A stretch of 64,000 bases of DNA. It comes from Octopus sinensis (Eukaryota). The stretch is from the NCBI RefSeq assembly GCF_006345805.1, contig NC_042997.1, forward strand, positions 5,270,001 through 5,334,000, read 5' to 3'. Below are positions 11,965 through 25,274 of this stretch, in pieces. Made by a program: the position numbers and the translations under genes. The stretch's first letter is position 1; the number at the start of each line of letters is the position of its first letter. The notes beneath the pieces were generated by a model. That model worked only from the letters and a program-made list of their open reading frames with translations. It did no database searches and had not been told where the DNA came from.

Positions 11965-13575
11965 GAGATCAAATGTTTTGAATGGTACTACCATACACTA
12001 TAATACAAACATTGGGCTATAAACCTGTTGCAATTCAGTCTGATATTTCGGAATAAAATTCCTTCTTCAGATATTTTTAGATGGAGTCACTGCTACAATC
12101 GGTTTTCCAACGGCTTTTCTTTTTATTGTTTTGGAAGCGTCTTAGCAGTAGTCTCACGAAGCTCCTTCTGGAATTCCTCATGAGAAGTGCGTGAGGTCGG
12201 CTATGTCTCAATCTCGTGTGTGCTAGTACATCCGTAGCGCTGCTTCTAAGTTATGTATTATACACGCAGCTTCCTTTTTGCTCTTCATTTTCTCTTTTAT
12301 TTTATTTTCTTTTTTTGTTTGTTTTTATAAACAATATGTGAGCATGTTATCACAAATGAACCTACACGCATCCAGGTGTAGCGAAATAACATATTGATTA
12401 CAAGCCTCCAGGCTGTTGTTAATTTCGGGCCCTAGTCTGTGTATTAGTATTGCTTATTTAATTCTTAAATTACCCAAATTTCTTTCAATGACTTCAATTG
12501 TGACTGTTATGCTTTTTTCGGTGTTCTGGCAAATGTCTAGATGTTTTCTGAAGGAGGAGGCTCTCGTGTTCAGATGTTCTTTGATGCGGATGTGTAACGG
12601 TCTTATTGTGCTACACACACATATATTGTTGCATTTATTACATTTTATTCTATATACAACATTTAACCATGTTGGTCTTTGATATGTTAGTAGAATATGA
12701 AGAACTGACTTGTGTCATCATATTGCCTCAAGTGTCATTTAATCACTCCGCTATACTTCTAGATGTTTCTACAATGTACGCTGTGATCTTTGCAAGCCCC
12801 CTCTATGCACTTTATGTTGTAGACTACATTTTAATTCTACAATTAATGCCAGGGGTAATCTTACCACGCAGTTTTCATTAGTGCATGCAATATTTTCGAA
12901 GGGTACGTCCTACTGGCTTTGTTCTCCTTCAGAGCTTCCCTACATCTACGGGCTAGTTTCCCATGGGATGTGGCCTCTACAAAAACATTCCTTGATATTT
13001 GTTAGCCCTGTACAACGTGTTTACATTGTCTCCTTTGTAACAAACTCTCTGAATACTATTCCTGTTTTGTCCCTGTATTTAAGGTGGGTACTTCTGGCTT
13101 CATTACATATAATTTTATCTAACTTCCTTCTAGCTCTCCTGTCTACACGAATCCTATCTTTCTCGTCATATCCAGAGAATTCATACGGTGCATGGAATTC
13201 TGTAGATGTTTCGTTGTTTCATAGGATTCGCATGGAGTGGGTGCACGTTATTCATTATCCCAAGTCTGCTATCAGTATGTTGTTTTCTGCTATCGGTATG
13301 TTGACAAAGTTGAGTTCCTGTTAATAGCATATTGAGAAGCTATGAACACTCTTTTTTTTATCACAATTCTGCTATCTGTTAAGGTGATGGTTGTCTAGAT
13401 AGTTAAAGCCATAGCTTAGTGCAAGGAGGAGGTCAAGTTCCTGCATGATGACTTCGCGGAACTCTACGTCACTCTCACAGACAATGTTTCCAGAAAATCT
13501 ATATCTATAGATGGGTAGAATGCAACCATATCCATACTACACACAATACGACAATCCATCACAGTAGTTGCAACT
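11965..13575 (-). mobile_element. Penelope-like element, 5'-truncated remnant (RT to GIY-YIG to pLTR)
   Basis: Minus strand SMDMVAFYPSI (RT motif A, 13507-13538) and IRPLHIRIKEHLNTRASSFRKHLDICQN (GIY-YIG, about 12525-12607); HHR-like motif in the 3' region. Confidence 0.8.
12038..12074 (-). ncRNA. Hammerhead-like motif, family H
   Basis: ATAT-CTGAAGA-A-GGAAT/TTT/ATTCC-GAA-ATAT-C-AGAC: canonical core, perfect stem II, palindromic ATAT stem III, AUC triplet; stem I is poorly paired. Confidence 0.6.
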
Positions 13576-13607
13576 ACTCTATAGTAGTTGCAACTACTGT
13601 GATGGAT
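13554..13607. repeat. Perfect 25-bp inverted repeat whose arms each contain a 16-bp palindrome
   Basis: atccatcacagtagttgcaactact-ctat-agtagttgcaactactgtgatggat; agtagttgcaactact is self-complementary. Confidence 0.93.
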
Positions 13608-13609
13608 GT

Positions 13610-13860
13610 GGTTATTGTTACTAACATTGCTATTGTTGTTGTTGTTGTCTTGGTTTCGTATGTTTCTGTTGTTTTTGTTTTGGTTTCGAATGTTTTTGTT
13701 GTTGTTGTTTTGGTTTCGAATGCTTCTTCTGTTGTTACAGTTGTTAGTGTGGAGGACGTTGTGGTTATTGTCCCTATTGTTGTTGTCATTAACATTGTTA
13801 TTATTGCTGTTTCGGTTACGTATGTTTGTATTGCTGTTGTTGTTGTTGTTGCTCTATTGT
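13610..13860. repeat. (GTT)n-derived low-complexity tract with a 30-bp minisatellite (3 units)
   Basis: gttgttgttgtcttggtttcgtatgtttct / gttgtttttgttttggtttcgaatgttttt / gttgttgttgttttggtttcgaatgcttct. Confidence 0.85.
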
Positions 13861-14928
13861 CCTAATCTCCATCTTATTTTCAAGAATATTTTCTTTGAAG
13901 AATGATTTTTGAAAGCAATTTCCTTTTTTCTTTTAGAATCTCAGACACAGTTGTAATCATTGCTATTAGTGGTGGTGGTGGTGGTAGGTATTATTATTTT
14001 GCTGCACTGGCGTAGAAGTCCTCTTGTAGTCTACATTCCAATATGACAATCCCGTCGATATTGTTTAGGTATCAGTCTTGATTCTTACAATACCGAGATC
14101 GTTGTTGTTGCTATTTCGTCCACTTCAGTGTGTTTATTCGGCAATATTCTTGTTGGATGAGTGTCATGAATCTGACACTTTCGTGTAGTGTAGTGGTTAT
14201 TTTTTCAGTTCATGCAGTAGGATCCTTGTTTGTTCCTGGCACTGGTAACACATATATATATACACTAACACATACACGCATTTATTTATGTGTGCATTTT
14301 TTTCAGTCAGCAGAAGGTGAAGGCATTTTGAACATATTTCCTCAGCTTGTACCATTGGCACTGTATACATATATCAGTCCCATATTGGTTACTTGATACC
14401 AGATATTACATAGATAAAAAATTCACCCTCTGAATGCGGAGTGCTATTAGGAACTGCGCAGTCAAACAGTTTTCAGAGCTTTAACACCGAGCAGATTTCA
14501 ATCTTCGCAAATCATTATTTAAAGAACAGTTTCACTTTTATCACAGTACACATGTTATCACCGCCATAGACAAACGTTCACATCTGCTCAGTTTGAGAAG
14601 ACTGGACTGAACCGTGGTGAGCTTCAAAGATTCCTCTTTGTAACGCGTTGTCGTGAATATATATATATATATATATATATCATATATGTATTATATATAT
14701 GCGCGCGTGTGTCTGAGTGTGTAAAAATATATAGCTGTATATAGACACCCCCCCACAAGCGCACAGGCATATATTTCTGTATATGTATATACCTGTTTGC
14801 ATGTGTGATAGTGTATGTATATATATATATATATATATAATATATATATATATGTGTGTGTGTGTGTGTTTGTGTGTGTGAGTGTGTGTGTTTGATTGGG
14901 TGTGTGTGTGTGTGCCTACACACGCACG

Positions 14929-14967
<39 letters not shown>

Positions 14968-15937
14968 CTGTATTTATGGATAAAACTATGTGCGTTTGCT
15001 TCCGTGTACGTGCGAGTATGCATATCTATTAAATTGATGCATATTTATCCTGTTATCTAGTATTCTGAAACCGCATTATTCTCATGTATCAATGTGGTTA
15101 TTACCCAAAAATTCGAGTACTAACAACTCTTTGCATTTACATTGAATTATGGGTTTCATAAAATTAGAATAATTACAGGTTTCTTTATCACAATGTATTA
15201 CTTTTCATGCACGAAATATAATCTCTTTGAAGCGTATCATAATATTTGAGACATACGCTTTCATTCATATTTGAAACAAATTGAAAATTATCTTTGAAAT
15301 GAATTTATTGATCACGTCTATCCGTGTGTTTTATAATTATAAATATCTAGCATTTGAAAGTGCTTTAAATGAGCAAATTATGTTATATCTGAGATGTGAT
15401 AAACGTAAATTGAAGAAATGATTTAACTAATATTATATCATTAGAAGACTAATTATATTTCAGCCGATTAGTTATTTTTTAAAAATGCATTTAAACGAAT
15501 ATGTTGAATAATATGAAAGCAAAAGGATTTTCTGCGTTCACGTATAAATTATGTTAATATTTTTACTGATTTCTCTCGATTGCGCTCACAGTAGGACGGA
15601 TTTTCCAATAATATAGCCAAACATGTTAATTGCTAGTATTATTCAAGCGTCATAACTGTTTATTTATTTTTTAATAGAGGTCCGCATTTGACGAAATCGT
15701 AAAATACACCCAAGGTATATATCTACATTTAGTATAAATCCAGGCACATCTATAGACATTTTTATGCACATGCACATACAAACACACATACGCACACACA
15801 TTCTCACACATACACGCACGCACATATACATACACATACATAGATAAGTATATAGATAGATAGAGAGAGAGAGAGAGAGACGGGCAGACAGATAGATACA
15901 TAGATAGTTTTATGGGTAGATAGATAGATACATACAT

Positions 15938-16035
<98 letters not shown>

Positions 16036-16069
16036 TATATTATATATATATATATATAAAGTTAAACCA

Positions 16070-16275
16070 AACAAGAAAACACAAAAAAAAACAAAAAAAA
16101 AACAACAACGCGAGGACGTGGAACAAATAAAGTATTATTGGACGCTCAGGAAAGAAGGGAAGAAGGAGGGTTTAGCGTTTCGAGCGGAGCTCTTCGTCGG
16201 AAACAAAGGAGAAGGAATGATCCCGAGAAGGGAAGACAGAGGAAAATAATCGCCAGCGGTACTCATGAGGTCACA
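16070..16275 (-). mobile_element. Penelope pLTR-like fragment, family A, with HHR-like motif at 16170-16204
   Basis: Reverse complement of the 24612-24825 repeat; GTTT-CCGACGA-A-GAGC/TCC/GCTC-GAA-ACGC-T-AAAC (U16.1 mutated to C). Confidence 0.75.
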
Positions 16276-16291
16276 TATTGAATATATATAT

Positions 16292-16805
16292 ATCTATATA
16301 TATAAAACTGTAGTTGTGTGAGTGTCTGTCCCCTTCGATTTAGATTCCTAACTACTCCCACATTTTGCGGTGCAGTTTAACCAAATTCGGGTATCTTATA
16401 GTCGTGATTCATATCAAGCCCGTCTGAGTATTAGCGCGCGTCTACGATGAGACTACTATTTTAAAAATAATTTAACATCATTTTTTATTCCATTTTAATG
16501 CATAATTTTTCGTGTGTCGATGGCGGCGTAGTTGGCGTCCATGGTCACACCTGCACCTGTTTGCTTCTCCCCCTTCTTCCCTCCTCGTGAAGCTGTGGGG
16601 AAGGGAGTGTAAGGAAATCAACGTCGTAAAGCGTTGTCAAGGAGACCAGCGTTCTTTTAGAACAACGACTTCATGGCTTGAAGACATCAAAACAGAAATG
16701 GCTAAGAAAGTCCGAAATGGCATCTATAAGGGAAGTAACTCTCTAAAAATGCTTATATAGTTATTTGCCTTACAAATCCGAGCAACGCCGGGCGATACTG
16801 CTAGT
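16292..16805 (+). mobile_element. Non-autonomous Helitron/Helentron-type element, copy 1
   Basis: Starts tctatatatataaaac..., ends ccgagcaacgccgggcgatactgctagt (GC hairpin plus CTAGT 3' terminus). Confidence 0.65.
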
Positions 16806-16844
16806 TCAATATATATATTGAATATATATATATATATAGATAGA

Positions 16845-17189
16845 TAGATTTAGATTCCTAACTATTCCACATTTTGTGGTGCAGTTTAACCAAAACCGGG
16901 TATCTTATAGTAGTGATTCATATCGAGCCGTTCTTGGTATTAGCGCGCGTCTTCGATGAGTCTACGATTTTAAAAATAATTTACCATCAATTTTCCCATT
17001 TTTAATGCATTTTTGGCATATATAAGGGAAGTAACTCTAAAAATTTATTATTAAATCTCAGATCCTAAAAAGACCCCCCCCCCCTTTGTGGTTAGCCATG
17101 TTGAGATGGCTATTATACTTTACATCTCTAAAAATACTTACATAGTTATTTCTCTTACAAACCCGAGCAACGCCGGGTGATACTGCTAG
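16845..17189 (+). mobile_element. Non-autonomous Helitron/Helentron-type element, copy 2 (internally shorter)
   Basis: Shares gatttagattcctaactac..cacattttg..tattagcgcgcgtct.. and the ccgagcaacgccgggtgatactgctagt end with copy 1. Confidence 0.65.
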
Positions 17190-17399
17190 TATATATATAT
17201 GCAGAGAGAGAGAGAGAGAGATTCCTGGGCCAAACCCCTATAGCACTAGAGAGGTTTGTACAGAGATGGCGCTTTGCTAGTCCCCAAGGGCGTTAATAAA
17301 TTCGCTTATGAACAAATTAGTTAGGTTCTCCACAAGTTCTTCTCTACATTCAATTTATTACTTTTGAAAACTCTTTAAAACCGCTATTTTTTTAGACGT

Positions 17400-18100
17400 T
17401 ACTTTAAACTTAGAAACTTCCCAATACTCACTGTATCATAAACTCAACCAGTATCTTAAGTATTTAAGCAAAGCAATCATCCATAATATACTTAAAGTTA
17501 TTTCGTATATCTGACCTTTCAGCCACTGAAGAAATATTCAATAGCCACGTCCCATATCACAACCAAGCGCTCACAGCCAGTGGCTTCTCTCAAAAAATAA
17601 AATACATCTCTAATACTATGCTCAAAGAACATATATCTCAAGTCATATCACCAGGACACGCTAACCATCATAATTATAATAGAATATATGTGCAATATAC
17701 TAGAATCCTGAGAAAACGCAGATTAAGACAGATGAGAACTGCCCCCCACACACGCATATACAAAACTAGGTCAATATGAAAACTGCCAACAATAACGGAC
17801 CTTATAACCGCCCTCTAATAATAAAAAATATAGATTGTACAATTCTCATGCAAAAAAAAAAGCGCCGGACGGTCAATTCTGTGATATACACCTCTCTTCT
17901 CATTAAATGTTAAGAACATAGTCAAATCCCCATTTAATATATTGGACTCCAACTTTCCTGGTCAACAAAAATATCACTCTATATTAAAAAGATCTATTTG
18001 AAAGCTATCCTTCTGTTCACCGCCCAAATTAGAGTATATTGTAACAGTCTCTAATAGAAGAAAACGTTCTCTCTACTATGAAAATATACACCGAAACAAT
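17400..18100 (+). mobile_element. Penelope-like element remnant (post-RT thumb/linker)
   Basis: SDLSATEEIFNSHVPYHNQALTASGFSQKIKY at about 17509-17605 resembles the Penelope thumb region. Confidence 0.6.
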
Positions 18101-18202
18101 ACTCAATACACAGGCACCCAACATACACATAATCCCAGCATCGAACGAAATACTTTAGACCATAACGAAGACCCAACAAATCCTACTTACAACACCAAAA
18201 CC

Positions 18203-18234
<32 letters not shown>

Positions 18235-18284
18235 CAATAATAATAATAATAATAATAATAACAATAATAATATACAACACAGCA

Positions 18285-18720
18285 GGACAACTGAAAAATA
18301 ACTCTCAAAGACTGTAATGTGTACAATTTCCTGTGAGTATTGTGAATTTCCCTCAAACTAATTTAAGAAGCTTACATACATACCTACAATTTTCGAACAC
18401 ATAAACGATCAACTTCAAAATCTTTAACTACAACTTCTGTGAATACCTATCTTTTCCTTTGTCCCTGGAAAAGTAAACATCGTTTTATTCGAAGAACACT
18501 ACAGTTTTCTCTGTTCGGACAGACAAAAGATCATCTCCAGTAAATTTTAAAACTTTTATATCTACAATTCTCTGTAACAATTTTACATTCCTTTTCATTC
18601 CTTTCTCTCTAAGTATTGGAAAATATAAACATTCCTTTCATTGCAAACACACTACTGTATTCTTCAAATGGATAGACAAACGGACATCTCGAAGAAAATT
18701 TTAAAACTTTCAAATATAAA
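18285..18720 (+). repeat. Unclassified dispersed repeat, homologous to the units at 32790-34700
   Basis: Shared blocks gaatttccctcaaa..tttcgaacac..aaacgatc..aaaagtaaacatc..aagaacactacagttttctctgttcggacagacaaaagat; follows an (AAC)/(AAT)n tract as at 32790. Confidence 0.75.
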
Positions 18721-19956
18721 AGTGTGTATATATATGTATATGTGATTACTAAAATAAAGGAAAGAAAAGTAGTGAATGCCAACGGCGATAGAAAACTGAA
18801 GAAGAGACTATTCTAAGTAGACGGTTACAGGGGGAAATGGACCCTCGGATAGACATTACTACTGGAATATCGATGATCGATCGTGAGACAGGTAGGTAGA
18901 ATAAAAGAAATGGAGGTAAAATAGACTGTTCCATAATGCACTTATTTCCGGTTCCCTTGACTGTACTGTGGGAATTATTGGGCAGTTTTATACCGTACCA
19001 TTAATACACAGCAAGTATATTAAGATATAAATACGTTCTATGAACCTTCTAATATAAAGTAGATTCAACTCAAAATCGGAATTTTTTAGAATAGATTGAA
19101 CGGTTTTGACAAGATGGAGACATATTTTAGTATTGGCGGGAGTAACTTGAAAAACGATTTGTTCATAATGTTATTACTATTTACATTATATCTTTATTTT
19201 TTTATATTTCTTTTTACATTTTTCCTACTTTTATTCATATTTTTTAGTCGTAATTTTATGTGGACTTATTCACATGTTTTTCATTCGTATATTTTTTTCA
19301 TTTTTTTCATTCGTATTTAATTAGTCGTATTTTGATTCCTTTTTTAAATCGCTTTATTAAATGTTTATACTTTTATTCATATTTTTTAGTCGTATTTTTA
19401 TCCGACTTATTCACATTTTTGTTCATTCGTATTTCTTTCATTCGAAATGTTTTCATTTTCTCATTCATAATTTTTTATCGTACTTCATATCCGTTTTCAT
19501 TCCTTAAATTTTTGTTTTAAATTTATCAAGTTTATGAAGATATTTATTTACTTATTTATACTTATATACTTATTTTGACAAGCATAGTAATATATAAGGA
19601 ATAGTTATATTTATAAATGTGGGGAAAGTAGACCTGACTTTTGGGAGTGCGTATACATAATGAGCTTTGGAATGTGACTTTGTGTCTTAACAATACCATA
19701 CGTAACCTCATGAAACGCGTGTGGTCTGTAATATGCACATTTTTGGGATTATGAATATAAATAGTAAGTATATTATTTAACGTTTTATGGTTGGGTTGAG
19801 TTAATATCGTTTCGAGTTGATGAAATTGTGGGTGTTTCTATCTCTAACAATATTTTGATATATATGAATTAATTATTGAGAGTAATTCACTTTAATATTT
19901 TTAACTTCAATGTCACATGCTCGCAACATCAATTATAGAGAACATAAGTTTCACCA

Positions 19957-20127
<171 letters not shown>

Positions 20128-20689
20128 TGTGTGTGTTGTGTGTGTGTGTGTGTGCGTGCATACGTGTGTGTGTGTGTGTATACACATTGTTCTTTAGTAG
20201 GCCGGAACATAGATTCGTTCCACAACACCGTACCAAATTTCTCAGTCCCAGATGACCTTTGATTGTTCTGAAATTCGCGTGTGTCCCTATCAGAAATACT
20301 TATGTAGTTATGTGATATTTCTCCTCTCTTGAGATGGATACCTCAACAATGTGTTCTTCTACTATGATCTATTGCTCAGTACGATAGAATTAGACGGCAA
20401 GAAGTACTCTGTGTTGAAGAAAAACAATAGAAATATATAAATCCACATATATCTCTTCTTTAGTGTTTGCATCAGAAATAATTTTTATTGTGATATTTAT
20501 ACCGTCTTGGTTTTTATAGTGTTTATTTGTTGCTCTTCGTCATATATTATAACCCTAATTATTATTCTTTTAATTCGGATGTTTTTGGAACTTCTGGAGT
20601 CTTGCGTAAGTAGCAAATTTGCAACATGTTGCATACAGTAACATGTTACGTATTCATTTGAACTATCTAACACTTTCTTAACAATTCTG

Positions 20690-21160
20690 GCCGTGCCAAG
20701 GAGGCAAACTTATTGCAAAAGCCCAACTTGGCTTTGTATTCCAATTTCCTTCACATTACCTGGTCTATTTTGATTGTTCAGGAATCTGCAGTTTCGGCTA
20801 CTAGCAAGTCTTGCTCCTCTAGAGCCCACAATTTTCACACACTTTGCAACGTAGCAATTTGCTTCCTCATGGTGTCGCCACAACTTATATTGGTTTTGGA
20901 CAAAGCATTCGTTCGCAATTTTCACAGTGGTTTCGTCAGCTCCGTTAAAGATTCGACACAGAGGGGACTGTTGCTCGCTCACACCTACGGTTGGCCAAAT
21001 TTTGGTTTTGTGCTCCTTGTATTGTGCTCTCAGTTTCTGGTTTCATACCTCTAACTCCAACAGCTATTCTTCAGTAGACACTCTCCATATCGTTCTTTCT
21101 ATAGAGATTTTCATTCATTGTCAGTACTTTGCAGATGACGATGTCTATGTAGTGGATTCC
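20690..21160 (-). mobile_element. R4/Dong-like (RLE) LINE fragment, zinc-knuckle region
   Basis: MKPETESTIQGAQNQNLAN..EQQSPLCRIFNGADET..QNQYKLWRHHEEA matches the CRxC..ET..H..C..RHD motif of R2-superfamily ORFs. Confidence 0.7.
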
Positions 21161-21533
21161 TACTAAATACAAGCGAAATATCCTAAATAATCATACCCGC
21201 ATACGTAAAGGCAAGTGCAGTTTAAGATATCATGTTGGAAATATAGAGTTCCGTCTGCCAATTTTATTAATCTCTTATTCTCGGTACATTCTGTTTTATT
21301 CCCACTACCTTCATCTTTATAAGCATCAAGGCCCTAATATTTGTAGCATGTATTTTGTAGAACAGGAGAGATAAAGAGAACGTTAATACAAAGATTCTGA
21401 TATGATGGGTCTGATGTTGCACGCTCAGCATGAAAATAGGAATATTTTTACATATTTGTATATGTAAATATCACATATACATACATGCATACGTACGTAC
21501 ATACAGACATATACATGCATACGCACACACACA

Positions 21534-21574
<41 letters not shown>

Positions 21575-21685
21575 ATATATATATATATACATATGTGTAC
21601 ATACACAAAATCACACATTATATATATATATGTATATATATGTATATATATGTATACTTATGTATGTATGTATGTATATATATAA

Positions 21686-24575
21686 ATATTTACTAAATAT
21701 TGGGGGCCTGTTGCATCAAAGTAGAAACAAAATTTATTTCCTGAGAGATCTTACTGCATGCAGTCAAGCCCTATGCATAGTACTCGTGGAAACTCACCTC
21801 AGCCCTGATATAGAAGACGCAGAAGTACACATACCAAACTATGCCATACTGCGAACAGCCAGAAGGGAAAAAGACCCATGGTGGAGTTGCTGTATACATC
21901 CAAGATGACCTCACACCCTAGGTCCTAATGACATACTCAAATTCGGTATGTGACATTCTAATTGTATACATAAGACAACATAATATAGTCATTTGCAATA
22001 CCTATAGCCCACCGGATTCCCCAAATCACATAGGCAAGTTTGAAGATTGCCTCACAAGAATTAAAGAAATCCTCATGAATATGGAACACCAAGTGACCAT
22101 ATTTCTTATGGGTGATTTCAACTTCCCCAATGTCAAATGGCCTGAAGGTCTCATACTCTCACGAATGAATCATTGCAAGCATGTACAGTGGAGCCCCTGC
22201 TCAATCTCACCAAAATCTTATTCGTGGAGCAATTTGTACTCAAACTAACTAGAGCAAATAACATTCTGGATCTTTGCTTCACGAACAATATGGACATCAT
22301 TGATGGTGTGAAAGTGACACCGACATTAGTTTTGGATCACAATATAATAGAGCTGTCTATGTTTGGGCCAAAAGTAACCAGAGATATACAGCCTAAAGGA
22401 ATCACCCAAAATTTCTCCAATCTGAACTTCCACAAAGCAGATTGGAAATCGATCCAAAAAGCGATCCTCAGAGAGGACTTGACGGAATGTCTCTCCCACC
22501 AGACATTGACATGAAACTATAATGTTTCATGTGTTCTGTGCAAGCCGTATGCCAGAAATATGTCCCAGAGCACAAGGCCAAAATAAATAGGAGCAAGATT
22601 CCAAGAGACAGGACGATGCTCATGAGACGACGGACGAAGGTCGTAAATCGTCTCAACCAACATCCCAAAAGTAGCAAAATGTCCCGCCTAAAAACAACAC
22701 TGATGGACATCGAAAAAAGGCTGCAACAAACCTATGTGAGGGAAAAAGCAGACAAAGAAGCCTGGGTTATAAAAAACATTAAATCAAACCTAAAGGTCTT
22801 CTTTCATTACGCGAACGAAACAGTCTCAGTACACTACAAGATAGGATCCCTCACCCAAAAGGATGGATCCCTCACAGACAGTCCAACTAAGATCAGTGAG
22901 ATGCTGAATGACCAGTTCAAAAGTGTCTTTACTACCCCGTTGGAACACAGACAAGTGAACGAACCAGTGGACTTCTTTGCCGCTTCACCTATAACCAGCG
23001 TGGTGGTTACAATAGAATGTATTGACATTAGCGAAGAAGACGTCCTACTAGCCATAGATGAAATGGACACAAACTCAACTACTGGTCCAGATGGTTTCCC
23101 AGCAATCCTCCTCAAAGCGTGTAAGCATGCCCTGGCAAAACCCCTCAAGATTCTCTTCCAGAGCTTTCTTGCGAATGGCAAACTGCCAAGCAAGCTGAAG
23201 GAGGGAATAATATGCCCAATACATAAAAGGGGAAGTAGAGCAGATGCCAAAGTCATGGAACGGATAGTCAGAAAGAAACTAATCGCATTCCTTGAGGAAA
23301 ATAACATGCTGAGTGATACCCAGCATGGTTTTCGACCAGGTAGGAGCTGCCTGACCCAGCTCTTACAACATTATGACTGGGTGTTGAGGCAGTTACTCAA
23401 GAAATCAAATGTGGACGTAATCTAACTTGATTTTGCAAAAGCTTTTGACAAGGTGGATCATGGTATGATATGCCACAAAATGCGTGACCTCGGCATTGTT
23501 GGAAAAATTGGATTGTGGTTACATGGCTTTCTGAAAGATAGGAGTCAGGCAGTAGTGGTTAATGGAACCGCCTCTATGAACACACAAATAGTGAGTGGTG
23601 TTCCACAGGGCACTGTCTTGGGACCACTGCTTTTTCTAGTGGCCCTCTGAGATATGCCCTCAAATGCCCGGATAGCCACTCTGGCAATCTATGAAGACGA
23701 TACGAAAGTCTCGCAGAAAATACATAACCCCAGTGATGCTGCACACCTGCAGCAGGAGTTGGACTCAATCTACAGATGGGCTGAGGATAATAATATGCAG
23801 TTTAATGCTGAACAATTCCAGGCCCTGCGCTACCAGCATCCAAAACTGAATATTAAACTTACAGGATACACCGGTCCACAGGGAAATTAAATCACAGATG
23901 ACTGGCTGGCTGGATCCTAAGAACATTCAGAACCAGAGATAAGGAAACCATGATGGTCCTCTGGCGGACATTCGTCCTAAGCCGCCTGGATTACTGCTCA
24001 CAGCTATGGTCACCCACCAGTGAAAATTTAACAGCGGAACCTGAAACAATCCAGAGAAGATTCACAAAAAAAATCGTCTCTTTGCAACAGCTCAGCTACT
24101 GGGAAAGGTTGAAACAGCTAAGACTCTACTCCCTAGAGAGAAGACGGGAGAGGTATGCAGTAATATATGTCTGGAAGGAATTGAGCCAAATTTTGGCATT
24201 GTAAGATACACCAATGCTAGAACGGGGCGACACAGCATAGTGCCAAAGATCCCAGCAATGCCATCACGCTTCAAGACCAGCTTCTGCAACAGCCTGGGTT
24301 TCAAGGGACCACAGCTTTTTAATATTCTCCCAAAGAGTCTGAGGAACTTGCACAAAGTAGATGTAGCAGTTTTTAAATCAAAGCTGGACATCTTCCTGTC
24401 GAGAGTCCCAGATGAACCTACCTCACGGCAAGAGGTGCAAATGAGAGTAGCTATGTCAAACGTCATTCTTCACCAAGTGCCACATGTTAGAGGAGGTTCT
24501 TTGTAATAACAGTGTAGCACAAAACGGCGGTGCATCAGCATGGCCGCAGCTCTAAGCTGAAACAAGCAAAAAAAA
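21686..24575 (+). mobile_element. CR1-group LINE, ORF2 (APE endonuclease plus RT), decayed, no ORF1
   Basis: LNIGGL..VETHL (EN start), MGDFNFP, NILDLCFTN, SDTQHGFRPGRSCLTQL, SGVPQGTVLGPLLFL, YEDDTK, LYSLERRRERY; stops, frameshifts and loss of the NYRPISL motif; short 3' tail ending ..ctgaaacaagcaaaa. Confidence 0.92.
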
Positions 24576-24611
24576 TCTATATCTCTCTCTCTATATATAT
24601 ATATATATACA

Positions 24612-24825
24612 TGACCGCGTGTGTACCGTTGGCGATTTTTTTCCTCTGTCTTCCCTTCTCTGGATCTTTCCTTCTCCTATGTTTCCGACGAAGAGCTCCT
24701 CTCGAAACGTTAAACCCTCCTTCTTTCCTTCTTTCCTGAGCATCCAATAATACTATATTTGTTCCACGTCCTCCCGTTGTTGTGTTTTTTCGTGCTTTCA
24801 TGTTTGGATTAACTTTATATGTATA
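24612..24825 (+). mobile_element. Penelope pLTR-like fragment, family A
   Basis: Pyrimidine-rich repeat flanked by (TA)n, homologous to 16070-16275(-). Confidence 0.75.
24681..24715 (+). ncRNA. Minimal hammerhead-like motif, family A (CCGA core)
   Basis: GTTT-CCGACGA-A-GAG/CTCCT/CTC-GAA-ACGT-T-AAAC: stem I GTTT/AAAC, palindromic ACGT stem III, GUU triplet. Confidence 0.7.
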
Positions 24826-24832
24826 TGTATAT

Positions 24833-24905
<73 letters not shown>

Positions 24906-25211
24906 TGTACATATATATATATATATATATATCAACAATTGAGGGTAAAATTAATTAATTAATCAATTTCACCAAGTGTTCAGTATGTAAAAGGACCATT
25001 TAAGGCGAATTCAAAATATTACATTATATAATTAGGGCTTAGTAAAATAAATTACTTTGCCACATACTGAACTTAGTAGAAATAGCAGCCAAAAAAATTT
25101 TTCTTAGCATTTCTACTACTTAAAGAAATTTTCTCTCAGATAATGTTTACTCCAGGCAGCTCACGAAGGTTTGGGGGTAAATACAGAAAAATATCACAAG
25201 TACATAGATCG

Positions 25212-25274
25212 TTTGAGTACGTCAACGTTTCAAGATTAGCCAAATAAAATCAGCATTTCTTTCGTCAGCTCAAA
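25212..25274 (-). ncRNA. Hammerhead ribozyme motif, family J, copy 1
   Basis: Identical to 25844-25906(+) on the opposite strand. Confidence 0.82.

Noticed and set aside
14178-14250. tRNA-Val-like start (ttcgtgtagtgtagtggttat)
   Set aside because: Only the A-box region matches; no B box or cloverleaf, so at most a decayed pseudogene or SINE head.
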